From assembly GCA_965267575.1 (NCBI GenBank), contig OZ254086.1:480001-544000 (forward strand): a stretch of DNA of 64,000 bases, in the 5' to 3' direction. Made by a program: the position numbers and the translations under genes. The notes under the pieces are model-generated. The model was not told the origin of the DNA, ran no database searches, and was given only the letters and a program-made list of their open reading frames with translations. Each line of letters begins with the position of its first letter. Position 1 is the first letter of the stretch. Below, one piece after another: positions 19,880 through 29,495 of the stretch. Source of the stretch: Calditrichales bacterium (GTDB lineage: Bacteria; Calditrichota; Calditrichia; Calditrichales; J004).

Positions 19880-20782
19880 ATGTTTATGCGATTGTTTTTA
19901 TTGCTGGCAGCGGGCCTGCTGCTGCACACGGCATGCACACCGAAGGTTGCTACGAAAGGCACGGAAGCTGAAAAGCCCGTTCCCGAAAAATCCTACTATT
20001 TTGAAGGCTTTGTCATCCGTGATGACGTACAACTTCGCCAGGCGCCAAGCGACGGAGCACCATCCATTGCAAGCCTGGATGACGGCAGCGCGGTCAATGT
20101 TATCCGCAATAAAAACGGCTGGTACGAAGTGCTTACCGTTAATAACCGCCAGGGCTGGGTGCGCAGCGATCTGATCGGGCCGGAAGAACTGAGTTTTGGA
20201 CGCCGCGCAAGCACCTTCAGCGACAGTATCCTGCAGGAATACAACAGCACCATGTACATAGACGAAAACCGGCCCTATGAAGTGATCTACCTGGTGCTGC
20301 CGGAAGATTATTACCAAAGCAAGGGTATGGCCCGGCGCCACGCGCAAAAAATAGGCGAGCACTATCAAAACCATGTATACCCGGGCGAGGTGGAAATACG
20401 CATCCTGGAAGCCGACGGCAAGGAGCTTTATACAAGGGCCATTATGCAAAAGAAAGAATCCGCCGGCTACCGCGCGCCCTTTTTGCGTTTTGGCCGCCTG
20501 CATGATATCTCGCTGAACAACGTCTCGGAGCTGGAAATGACCGTGCTGATTCCGCCGACGGTTACTGATGAAATCCTGCTGGCCATGGCCCGCGAAATCA
20601 GCCAGGGTTACGATTTGTCGATCAGCAAAATCGAGATCTATTTTGTTAATGAAAATGAAGCCGGTATGGCTTTTCTGGAAAGAGGAACAACCACGGGCGA
20701 AGGTAACGCGCCCTGCCGTCTATATTATCTGGAAGACGCGGCGGGAGAAGATTTCAAGTTCGATTACTGCAGCGCGCTGTGA
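19880..20782 (+). CDS. SH3b-domain lipoprotein
   Basis: Lipobox HTAC; VQLRQAPS...NGWYEV...GWVRSD SH3_3 pattern; start adjusted to 19880. Confidence 0.8.
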   Translation: MFMRLFLLLAAGLLLHTACTPKVATKGTEAEKPVPEKSYYFEGFVIRDDVQLRQAPSDGAPSIASLDDGSAVNVIRNKNGWYEVLTVNNRQGWVRSDLIGPEELSFGRRASTFSDSILQEYNSTMYIDENRPYEVIYLVLPEDYYQSKGMARRHAQKIGEHYQNHVYPGEVEIRILEADGKELYTRAIMQKKESAGYRAPFLRFGRLHDISLNNVSELEMTVLIPPTVTDEILLAMAREISQGYDLSISKIEIYFVNENEAGMAFLERGTTTGEGNAPCRLYYLEDAAGEDFKFDYCSAL

Positions 20783-21762
20783 TCTTTGCGGCGCACAAGC
20801 AGGTAAACAAAAAAGGGCCCGCCCAGCAACGCCGTTATGATGCCGACCGGTAACTCGGCGGGAGCGATCACGGTGCGCGCGGCGCTGTCGCACAGGGCCA
20901 GAAAAACACCGCCACCCACCAGGCAGGCTGTAAACAGAACTTTGTGATCCGGCCCGAAAAGCAATCGCATAACATGCGGCACCACCAGGCCGACAAAACC
21001 GATAGGGCCGGACAAAGCTACGATAAAACCCACCAGCACCGATCCGCCGATAAAACCTACTTTTTGGATACGCCGGCCCTCTACGCCTTTGCTGAGCGCC
21101 ATTTCGTCGCCGGCCAGCAGGATGTTGAATGCCTTGTAATGCATCAGGAACCAGGCAAACAGTGGCAGCACCAGCAGCGCGAGAACAATCGGATAAGACC
21201 AGCCGGCCACATCCAGTGCGCCCATCATCCAGCGGATCATACGGTAGGTTTCTGTGAAATCGGCCATGTAATGGATAAACAGGTTCAGCGCGGAAAAGAA
21301 GAAGCTGATGGCCACGCCGGCAAGGATCAGCGTGTAAACGGAGATCATCCGGCCCCTGGCGGCGATGAAGTAGATGATGCCGATGGCCAGCAGGCTGCCG
21401 GCAATGGAAAAAAGGCTTACCGTGGAAAAGATAAACCAGCTGAACAGCAAATTGAGCTTCAAGGCGAGAACCGCCCCCAGCGCGCCGCCGGAAGAGACAC
21501 CCAACGTGTAAGGCGTGGCCAGGTCGTTACGCAGCAGCGCCTGAAAAACGGCCCCGATCAAAGCCAGGCCCGCGCCTACCCAAAAGGCGAAAAATACGCG
21601 CGGAAGACGTATCTGCCAGAAAATCTCAGCGTCCAGCGAAGACGCGTCACCAAAGACTTTGGAAAGATTAAGCGGCTGGCTGCCGATGAACGGCAAAAAC
21701 AGCATCAGCAATAAGGCGATCAGGAAAAAATAAGGAAGGCGGCGTTTTTGGGTTTGAGTCAT
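20764..21762 (-). CDS. FecCD/BtuC-family ABC transporter permease
   Basis: IRLPRV, FQALLRNDLATPYTLGVSSG, GPIGFVGLVVPH, ELPVGIIT. Confidence 0.95.
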   Translation of the reverse strand: MTQTQKRRLPYFFLIALLLMLFLPFIGSQPLNLSKVFGDASSLDAEIFWQIRLPRVFFAFWVGAGLALIGAVFQALLRNDLATPYTLGVSSGGALGAVLALKLNLLFSWFIFSTVSLFSIAGSLLAIGIIYFIAARGRMISVYTLILAGVAISFFFSALNLFIHYMADFTETYRMIRWMMGALDVAGWSYPIVLALLVLPLFAWFLMHYKAFNILLAGDEMALSKGVEGRRIQKVGFIGGSVLVGFIVALSGPIGFVGLVVPHVMRLLFGPDHKVLFTACLVGGGVFLALCDSAARTVIAPAELPVGIITALLGGPFFVYLLVRRKDHSALQ

Positions 21763-21843
21763 ACGTTTTCCGGACTTAAAATGACAATATAATTAAACCT
21801 TACAAAACAGAACAATCACGGCAAACGAAAAAGGGAGGCATGA

Positions 21844-22893
21844 ATGCAACGGAGGGCGTTTATTCGCAATACGTTCTGGGCCGGTTTGCTGGCAGGTGCC
21901 GGACTTAAAGCTGCTCCATACAAACCGCAATCCAATCTGATAAAGCCGCCGGCGTTACGACATGGTGATACGGTAGGCCTGGTAACACCGGCGTCGTCGC
22001 TGTTTGAGCGCAAACGGACACTGATCGAAGCCACGGAGAAAATGGAAGGGCTTGGCTATAAGGTCAAAACCGGCAAACATATCTTCGCGCAGAACGGTTA
22101 CCTGGCCGGAAGCATCAAACAGCGTGTGGACGATCTGCACGACATGTTCCGCGATCCCTTTGTCAAAGCGATCATCGCCATACGCGGGGGGTACGGCAGC
22201 GGGCAGCTTTTGCCTTACCTGGATTATGAACTCATCCGTCAAAACCCGAAGATCATTCTCGGTTACAGCGATATTACCTCGCTGCATATCGGTATTTACC
22301 AGAAAACGGGCCTGGTGACTTTTCACGGGCCGGTAGCCATCTCCACGTTTACCGATTACACCCGTGACCTGATGCAGCGGCTACTGAGTGAGGCAAAACC
22401 ATTAGGGTTGATTGCCGATGCCCCCTACGAAGACAATCTGCAAAAAAGCGCGCGTATATTAACACTGCGCGGCGGCCGGTCCGAAGGAAAACTGATGGGC
22501 GGAAACATGACCCTGATGCAGGCCACGCTGGGAACACCATGGGAGTTCGACAGCGACGACTCTATTCTGTTTTTCGAGGAAGTGGGAGAGCAACCTTACG
22601 ACATTGACCGCATTCTGAACCACATGAAAATGGCCGGCAAGTTTGATCGCTGTAAAGGCGTTATCTTCGACAAAATGCCTTCGGTGCGGCCGGGAGATGA
22701 CGCGGCGTTTAACCGCAATCTCAGCCTGGAAGAAGTGCTCGAGTTTCATCTTGGAGAATATGATTTTCCGGTTTGCCTGGGCTTTTCGCTGGGCCACATA
22801 AAAAACAAGCCGACAATGCCGTTAGGCATCCGCGCTGAGCTGGACGCCGATAAGGCGACACTGAATATAACCGAATCCGCAGTGCTGGAATAA
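21844..22893 (+). CDS. S66-family LD-carboxypeptidase with twin-arginine signal
   Basis: QRRAFI Tat motif; RGGYG, GYSDIT (Ser), FFEEVGE (Glu), LGH (His). Confidence 0.92.
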   Translation: MQRRAFIRNTFWAGLLAGAGLKAAPYKPQSNLIKPPALRHGDTVGLVTPASSLFERKRTLIEATEKMEGLGYKVKTGKHIFAQNGYLAGSIKQRVDDLHDMFRDPFVKAIIAIRGGYGSGQLLPYLDYELIRQNPKIILGYSDITSLHIGIYQKTGLVTFHGPVAISTFTDYTRDLMQRLLSEAKPLGLIADAPYEDNLQKSARILTLRGGRSEGKLMGGNMTLMQATLGTPWEFDSDDSILFFEEVGEQPYDIDRILNHMKMAGKFDRCKGVIFDKMPSVRPGDDAAFNRNLSLEEVLEFHLGEYDFPVCLGFSLGHIKNKPTMPLGIRAELDADKATLNITESAVLE

Positions 22894-22903
22894 AGAAACA
22901 AAT

Positions 22904-22935
22904 TTTGGCTTTGTCTATATAACAGTGTACATTTG
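22904..22935 (+). promoter_or_regulatory. Bacteroidota-type promoter TTTG-N20-TACATTTG
   Basis: Consensus match 26 nt upstream of the ORF at 22962. Confidence 0.55.
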
Positions 22936-22961
22936 CAATCGCAATTAACAGCGGAGAAAGC

Positions 22962-23246
22962 ATGGAATTTTTACTTGTACCTTTATTTTTTGCAGCCGCC
23001 CTGATTTTGCTGAATATCGGCAAGTTTATAGGCGGCAGACAGCTTCAGAACAGCTGTTCGGCGGGTAAGCACCTGCACCAGAAGGGACATGATGATGCTT
23101 CTTGCGGCGCCTGTGACAATGAAGATGTAAAATTTTACCTGAGCAAAGATGACGACGGACTTGATAAAGTGGCCAGCCTGGGCTACCCGGGACGCGATAA
23201 GCGTTTTATCGACAAACTGGATTTCAAGCCGGACCGTTTTAAATAA
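22962..23246 (+). CDS. Small single-TM Cys-containing protein, NqrM-like
   Basis: N-terminal TM, LQNSCS and SCGAC; apbE nearby. Confidence 0.55.
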   Translation: MEFLLVPLFFAAALILLNIGKFIGGRQLQNSCSAGKHLHQKGHDDASCGACDNEDVKFYLSKDDDGLDKVASLGYPGRDKRFIDKLDFKPDRFK

Positions 23247-23273
23247 TCGGGTTCAGGAAATAATTTTAAAAAG

Positions 23274-23300
23274 AAAAGGCTCCTTTGCGGAGCCTTTTTT
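23274..23300 (+). terminator. Intrinsic terminator
   Basis: AAAAGGCTCC-TTTGC-GGAGCCTTTTTT. Confidence 0.85.
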
Positions 23301-23358
23301 TATGGTCTGAATCTTTATGCGCTTTTCTCAGGCGAAGTAGTATTTTTATGCCAACAGC

Positions 23359-24273
23359 GTGGTTATCTTAAAGCAACAAAGGTGGTATATGCTAAAAATA
23401 ATGTGCTTAATTTCGATCGCAACGGGGCTTGCAGCCCAGGATTTTGAACCGGAAGACTTTTTTCCTTTTCATATAGGGGATATTTGGGAATACTCAACGG
23501 ACAGCGGACTAGAAAGACGAGAGCTTATCAGGGATTCAGTAGCAACTGAAGGCCATTATTTATTTATTAAAGGTCACACTTTTATTCCTGACGAGACATT
23601 GCCCGACTATTTAATTGATACGAGCCTATATGTTACAAGAAATCCATTTAACCCATTGTCCTGGGTCAATATCAAAAAGTATAAACTGGACGCGGATTCA
23701 GGTGATACCTGGCTGACGTATGCAGATACAAGTGGCCAGGAACGCGCGGTATTGAGAGACACCTATTGGTCATACGTTTTGGGCGCGATGACTGTGGTTA
23801 AGGAAATAGATTACTATGGGCAACAGTTGGGCGATACGAGCTTATGGGGCTCATTCATAGAAACAGATCATATTGCTGCCGGATTTGGCTTTATTTTTAG
23901 ATATAAAGAAGCAGACCATTGGCCATCTTATATAATCAGCGGCAGCGTGATTAACGGAGACACATCGGGAACCATAACCTCGCTTGAACAAGTTTCTAAA
24001 GCTGTACCCAAAGCATTTACACTTAAACAAAACTATCCCAATCCGTTTAATCCATTAACGACGATCGAATTTGAATTAGCCCGGAAAGAACAGATTGAGC
24101 TGGGCGTGTTTAATATGCTTGGCCAAAAAGTGGCAATTCTTGCTTTGGGTGAATATCCTCCGGGCACATATAAATTTGAATTTGATTCAAGCTATCTGTC
24201 ATCCGGTGAATATATTTATTACTTGAAGTCAAAAAGCCAAACGCTAACCGGGCGGATGATATTGATAAAATGA
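23359..24273 (+). CDS. Secreted protein with T9SS type-A-like C-terminal sorting domain (AT-rich; true start may be 23388/23401 region)
   Basis: LKQNYPNPFNPLTTIEF...LSSGEYIYYL...MILIK; N-terminal FFPFHIGDIWEY. Confidence 0.85.
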   Translation: MVILKQQRWYMLKIMCLISIATGLAAQDFEPEDFFPFHIGDIWEYSTDSGLERRELIRDSVATEGHYLFIKGHTFIPDETLPDYLIDTSLYVTRNPFNPLSWVNIKKYKLDADSGDTWLTYADTSGQERAVLRDTYWSYVLGAMTVVKEIDYYGQQLGDTSLWGSFIETDHIAAGFGFIFRYKEADHWPSYIISGSVINGDTSGTITSLEQVSKAVPKAFTLKQNYPNPFNPLTTIEFELARKEQIELGVFNMLGQKVAILALGEYPPGTYKFEFDSSYLSSGEYIYYLKSKSQTLTGRMILIK

Positions 24274-24370
24274 TTTTTACAACTTTGTCTTGATCAGGTT
24301 CTGGGAAATTTATGTCTGGTAAGGGGCTAAGCCTCCGCGCCCTCAGTGGGCTTTTTACTGCTCTCGTAGG

Positions 24371-24432
24371 GAGATCCCGGTGTTGGCTGCCCACCAAACC
24401 CCATAAAAGACATCTGGACAGGCCGGATGACA
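24371..24432. repeat. GTCAT-CCCGG REP-like palindrome carrying a ~24-bp insert
   Basis: GAGATCCCGGTG...ACC[CCATAAAAGACATCTGGACAGGCC]GGATGAC. Confidence 0.65.
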
Positions 24433-24574
24433 GGCACTTGTTCCCGCCTTTTGCCGAGAATAATCACGGTCACCACCAAATCGTGCTTTTCCGGATTCCC
24501 CGATCGGAGCCGGGAATGCCATTGCGCTTGTACAATGGTTGCGCGACATGAATGTCGCGTAACACAATAATTTC

Positions 24575-25582
24575 TTACTCATCCGCCACAAACTTCATAA
24601 ACCCGGAACTGACCACTTCGCGGAAGACGTCATCTTCGCGCAGGATGATCAGCGTCTCCACATCGGGTTTGGACTCCACCCAGGAGAGGCCGCGTTCTTC
24701 ACCCATCACCATAATGGCGGTCGCCATGGCATCGGCCAGCGTGCAATTTTCCGCAAGGACGGTTACGGAAGTTACACCGTTGCGCACGGGCCGCCCGGTC
24801 TGCGGATCGAGCGTGTGTGAATAAAGTGTATCCTTTGCAATGAAGTAATTGCGGTAATCGCCGCTGGTGGCAATGGCCCTGTCAGATAAAGCAAGTATGT
24901 GCTGTAACTGACGCTCCAGCCCGGAAGACGGCCGGTCCACACCTACGCGCCAGGCGTCGCCAAAGCGCGTACCCGCCAGCACCATTTCCCCGCCGATCTC
25001 CACAAGGAAATCGCTGTAACCTCTTTTACGCAAAAGCTGCGCCACCGCGTCCACTCCGTAACCTTTAGCCACGGCGCTTAAATCCAATTCCAGTGCGGCG
25101 TGTTTTTTCAGGATCGTATTATTGGCGATTTCCAGTTTATCCATGCCGATGCTTTGCAGCAACAGGGCGATGCTGTCGGCAGGCGGCGGGTCAATCCGGT
25201 CACCTTTTTTGCCAAAGCCCCACAGGTCCACCAGCGGTGCAATCGTGGCATCAAATGCGCCGCCGGATTCCACGTAAACCTGGCGCGATACACGCAGCAC
25301 ATCGCGGAAGCCGTTGGATATTTTAAACGCGCTTTCGGCAGGCAGGCGGTTGAAGCGCGAGATCTCGCTCTCCCTGATGTAGGTCGACATCTGCCAATTG
25401 ACGTCTTCCAAAAGGCTGTCAATGGATGATTGCAGGGCGGCTTTATCCGCATTGGTCGTTGTAGCGATCTTTATTGAGTAGGTGGTGCCCATGGTTTCGC
25501 CCTGCATGGCAAGCGGCTCCGGTCCGGAGCAACCAAGCATCCAGCCGAAAAGGGCAATCACCGCAAAACTAATTTTTTTCAT
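24575..25582 (-). CDS. apbE: FAD:protein FMN transferase lipoprotein
   Basis: MGTTYSI, DLSAVAKGYGVD, EIGGE, ATSGDYRNYF, SHTLDP, ADAMATA. Confidence 0.96.
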   Translation of the reverse strand: MKKISFAVIALFGWMLGCSGPEPLAMQGETMGTTYSIKIATTTNADKAALQSSIDSLLEDVNWQMSTYIRESEISRFNRLPAESAFKISNGFRDVLRVSRQVYVESGGAFDATIAPLVDLWGFGKKGDRIDPPPADSIALLLQSIGMDKLEIANNTILKKHAALELDLSAVAKGYGVDAVAQLLRKRGYSDFLVEIGGEMVLAGTRFGDAWRVGVDRPSSGLERQLQHILALSDRAIATSGDYRNYFIAKDTLYSHTLDPQTGRPVRNGVTSVTVLAENCTLADAMATAIMVMGEERGLSWVESKPDVETLIILREDDVFREVVSSGFMKFVADE

Positions 25583-27938
25583 CTTTATTCTCCACGGGGG
25601 TAAGGGTAGTTATAAAGGCCGTATTATTTTTAATGTGCGTTTTGTCCAGCGAAACACGGTGGTAATTTCCGGATTTCCAGTCATCAAACATATTCATAAA
25701 AAACGGGCTCTGTGGGTGGCCGGAATTGCCGGAAGGCAAAATCATCAGCGCCTCCTGCGGATTAATGAAATCTACAATGTAGCGCCAGCTCGGACCCATC
25801 ATTACATTAAATTTTCCACTCTGCCGATTGTAACTGGAGAAGGAGGCGTTTAGCGTGTTTTCCGTACCCGGCCAGGGCCACGGGCCATACTCCAGGCTCA
25901 ACAGAAATGCCAGCCCGGGCACCTGCGCCAAAGGATGTGCCATACGCAATTGCTGGATCTCGCCCCATTTCGCCGGCTCCCCGTCTGACCTAAGCGAATC
26001 AAAAACTGCCAGCAGCATATCCTCGCGTGATTCCTGAGAGGCAGTAGCCGTGTCATCATGGAACAGGCTTCCCGGCTGCCGGAAAACGTTGAGAGCCCAG
26101 CGCTGCGGAATGGATGTGGCGAAGCCGCCAAACTCATCTTCAAAGAGATCGCGGGTGTAGGTGCGCTCAAACAGGTTCATAAAAGCCGCCGCATAAGATT
26201 CCAGGTCCGATGTACCATCCCAGTTTTGAAGGCGGCTGCGTAAGAGCATCAAATCGGAACTGCTCTCATCCTTGGGCCAGGGCAGCTCTTTTTGCCAATC
26301 CCGCAACACCGCATCCACCACGTCGGCCTGCATCTTCTTAAAATCTTCCACTGTCATTTTATTGCTGTTGTCCAGCCATTCATACAAGCGGTTAATGCGG
26401 CCATTGAAATATTGCCCCGGGATATCATAGCCCAGTATTTCGGGAGATGCGGCTTTGTTGTTGGCCGTTGCCAGCCAGCCGCGCGCAGGATTTACCGAAA
26501 ACGGCGTTTCCTCCAGCGGCCGGTAGCCAGTCCAATAATTTTCAATCGTCTTTCCCTCAACGGGCAGGTTCCGGTAGTCATGCGGACGTATGGGTAAAGG
26601 CGTACCCAGCTGGTAGCCGATATTGCCGGCGCTGTCCGCGTAAACCCAGTTGGCATTCAAGGCTCCGAACCGGCTTACAATTTTGCGGAACTGTTCGATT
26701 TCCTCGACATGCCATAATGCAAAGCCCGAGGAAACAGCGGCCGACAGATCGGCATCGAAACCGGCCCAGTGCATTGTGTAGGCTACCTGCTTTTCATTAT
26801 GCCGGAACATCAGCGGGCCGTGGCGCGAAAGCAACACTGTATCCTTAACTACAGACTCGCCCGCCACAACTATCGTTTCTTCTATAAGCTCAAAGCGCTG
26901 CCAGCTATTACCCACACGATATTGCAGCGAATCTGCCGGGTTCAGCTGCTCTTCATAATATTCGCTGATGTCCACGCCGCCGGCCGTAAAAGCCCAGGCC
27001 GCCCTGCCATTATTGCCCATCACGATAAAGGGCAGGCCCGGCGTGGTCACACCCATGGCCCGGATGCTGTCGGCCACATGTATGCCGCAAAAAAACCAGA
27101 ACTGCGGCAGCCGGTTTATTTGCAGATGCGGATCACTGGCCAGCATGGCTTTACCGCTGCCGCTTTTGGAAGGTGCCACCACCCAGGCGTTGCTGGCCCG
27201 CGTCATCAGGGGCGGCAAGAAACCATTGATAAATTTTTCGGCGAAATAGCGCCGCGGGTCCTGCAGCATGCTCAAAGCCTCGCGCGGCAGGGTATACGGC
27301 GCGTCTTCGGGGTAGAAAATGGGCAGTTGCCGCATGGTATCGGCGCCCACTTTGCGGTAAAGGTGCAACAGAAAATCATCTTTATTCTGCAGTGCGTCAG
27401 AGTACCAGGACTGGAAGCTCTGCACAGTCAGCAAGTCATAAACATTCCAGGGCTCCGTTTCAGCTCTCAGGATATAATATTCAAAAGGTGAAGATGCCGC
27501 GTTTTCCAGCCAGAAGTTGATACCGTCGGCGTAGGCTTGCAGGCGTTTTCTGTCATTGTCCTTTAAATTCGGCAGGGCCGCGCGCGCCAGACGGCTGTGA
27601 CCTATGCGCCGCTGGTCTTTATCTGCACCAAGCGTCAGACTGCCCAGCAACTCACTTAACCTCCCCTGGGCAAAACGGCGTGTCAGATCCATCTGGAAAA
27701 AACGCTCCGAGGCATGCAGCCAGCCCAGGGCAAACAAAGCATCCATTTCGTGAGCAGCAAAAATATGGGGCACACCCCGTTGATCCCAGTGTATGTTTAC
27801 GGAATCCGCCAACGCAGGTGCCAGCAGGCGAGCCTGATATTCGGGCACATTGCCGCGCGCCACGCTGTAGATAAAAACAGCCAAACCGCCAACAACAATC
27901 AACGCCAGCGCCACTAAAACCAAAAGTATGCGTTTCAT
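25569..27938 (-). CDS. Penicillin acylase family Ntn-hydrolase (S45)
   Basis: GVPHIFA, ASNAWVV (Ser nucleophile), ASDPHL, ATANN. Confidence 0.93.
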   Translation of the reverse strand: MKRILLVLVALALIVVGGLAVFIYSVARGNVPEYQARLLAPALADSVNIHWDQRGVPHIFAAHEMDALFALGWLHASERFFQMDLTRRFAQGRLSELLGSLTLGADKDQRRIGHSRLARAALPNLKDNDRKRLQAYADGINFWLENAASSPFEYYILRAETEPWNVYDLLTVQSFQSWYSDALQNKDDFLLHLYRKVGADTMRQLPIFYPEDAPYTLPREALSMLQDPRRYFAEKFINGFLPPLMTRASNAWVVAPSKSGSGKAMLASDPHLQINRLPQFWFFCGIHVADSIRAMGVTTPGLPFIVMGNNGRAAWAFTAGGVDISEYYEEQLNPADSLQYRVGNSWQRFELIEETIVVAGESVVKDTVLLSRHGPLMFRHNEKQVAYTMHWAGFDADLSAAVSSGFALWHVEEIEQFRKIVSRFGALNANWVYADSAGNIGYQLGTPLPIRPHDYRNLPVEGKTIENYWTGYRPLEETPFSVNPARGWLATANNKAASPEILGYDIPGQYFNGRINRLYEWLDNSNKMTVEDFKKMQADVVDAVLRDWQKELPWPKDESSSDLMLLRSRLQNWDGTSDLESYAAAFMNLFERTYTRDLFEDEFGGFATSIPQRWALNVFRQPGSLFHDDTATASQESREDMLLAVFDSLRSDGEPAKWGEIQQLRMAHPLAQVPGLAFLLSLEYGPWPWPGTENTLNASFSSYNRQSGKFNVMMGPSWRYIVDFINPQEALMILPSGNSGHPQSPFFMNMFDDWKSGNYHRVSLDKTHIKNNTAFITTLTPVENKDEKN

Positions 27939-28248
27939 AAAAGCCTCCGCGAATGGGTCCTTAATTTAGGTGCGGGGGAGTTTTGTTGAAACCCCGTAAT
28001 TTTTTTATGCACCCGGCATGTTGACAGTGCGATGAAAAAAGGGCACCATTTTGTTTTGTCGATACTTTAATTCTGTCTGAATTTTTTTAAACTATTTAAA
28101 AAAACAATGGTTGTTTGCTGCCGGGCTATGCATTTATTGAAGGGATTGCCTGGCCAAAAGAGGATATTAATAACACTTAAAATTATTAATTCGTGTCAAT
28201 TTTGTAAATCCCCTCTGATTTTTGGGACTGTTAAGAGGAAAGTTGTCG

Positions 28249-29382
28249 ATGAAAATTATAAAGGTAATTCTGGGCGTTTTTGCGGTTTTGGCGGTTATTG
28301 TTATCGCGGCGATTGTTTTTATTGCCGGGCGTTACGGCAGCGGCACAGGCTACCCCGATCTGACATCGCAACCTCTGCTGCCCGATTCCGCGTTGCAGGC
28401 AGTGGTAACCAGCCCTGAGCCGGTTGGCAATGTGGCCGTTTCCGCCGATGGACGCGTTTTTTATACCATCCATCCCGAGGCACGCCCGCCGGGGCCAAAG
28501 GTTTACGAGTGGGCAAATGACGCCCCCAAGCCTTTCCCGGCGGCTGCTGTGCAGGATACATTGCTCGATACGCCGCTGGGCGTAATCATAGACAGGCAGC
28601 AAAGGCTCTGGCTGATTGATCACGGCATGCACGGATTGAAAACGCCGCAACTTGTGGCACTGGACCTGCCAAGCGGCGACATTGTTCACCGCTACCTTTT
28701 CCCGGACAGCATTGCCCCGCTGGGTTCTTTTCTGCAGGACTTGCAGATAGACAGCAGCGGTAACCATATCTTCATCGCGGATGCCGGTTTCTGGAATCAG
28801 CGGCCGGCCCTGGTCCACTACGATGTGCAGCAGCGCCGGGCAAAACGTCTTTTGGAAAAGCACCCTTCGGTGATGCCCCAGGAATGGATCATCAAAACCC
28901 CGATCAGGGAAATGCGCTTTTTGGGTGGCCTGGTTAATTTTCGTGTGGGCGTGGATGGAATCGCCATAACACCGGATAACCGCTTGCTGTTTTATGCCGC
29001 CCTGAACCATGACCGTATATACCAGATACCGCTAGCTGCTATTTTGCTTGCTCCGGAGCGCCTGAAACACCATGTGCAGAACATGGGGCCCAAGCCGCTA
29101 AATGACGGCATGAGCGCCGATACGCTGGGTCAGATTTACATAACCGACGTGGAACACGGGGCTGTTATCCGGCGCACACGTTCGGGCAAACTGGAAACGC
29201 TCGTAAAAAGTGATCGCATACGCTGGGCAGATGCCCTCTCTTTCGGGCCGGATGGCTATCTTTATATCGCCGACAGTGCTATACCGCACCTTGTGCTGCA
29301 AAGCCGCCAACATATCCGGGATCAGGCACCCTATTACATCTTCCGCATTAAAAATGATATTGGCGGCATAGCCGGGCAATGA
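28249..29382 (+). CDS. Major royal jelly/Yellow-like beta-propeller protein
   Basis: N-terminal TM; LWLIDHG, FLQDLQID, GVDGIAI, IRWADALSF; start at 28249 after GAGGA. Confidence 0.8.
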   Translation: MKIIKVILGVFAVLAVIVIAAIVFIAGRYGSGTGYPDLTSQPLLPDSALQAVVTSPEPVGNVAVSADGRVFYTIHPEARPPGPKVYEWANDAPKPFPAAAVQDTLLDTPLGVIIDRQQRLWLIDHGMHGLKTPQLVALDLPSGDIVHRYLFPDSIAPLGSFLQDLQIDSSGNHIFIADAGFWNQRPALVHYDVQQRRAKRLLEKHPSVMPQEWIIKTPIREMRFLGGLVNFRVGVDGIAITPDNRLLFYAALNHDRIYQIPLAAILLAPERLKHHVQNMGPKPLNDGMSADTLGQIYITDVEHGAVIRRTRSGKLETLVKSDRIRWADALSFGPDGYLYIADSAIPHLVLQSRQHIRDQAPYYIFRIKNDIGGIAGQ

Positions 29383-29495
29383 GCCCTATAAAATTCTTCA
29401 CAGAAGCGCCGAAAGCGTTTCCTTCTTTGTGTTCCTCTTCGTATGTTATACGTTGAAAATTTCAACAAACCGAAAATGCTAAGGAAGGACAAAAA

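Noticed and set aside
23300-24530. Integron cassette or IS element around the AT-rich genes
   Set aside because: No convincing attC structure, integrase, transposase or terminal inverted repeats in the window
24110-24824. Several short overlapping ORFs
   Set aside because: Made of REP sequence or antisense to real genes
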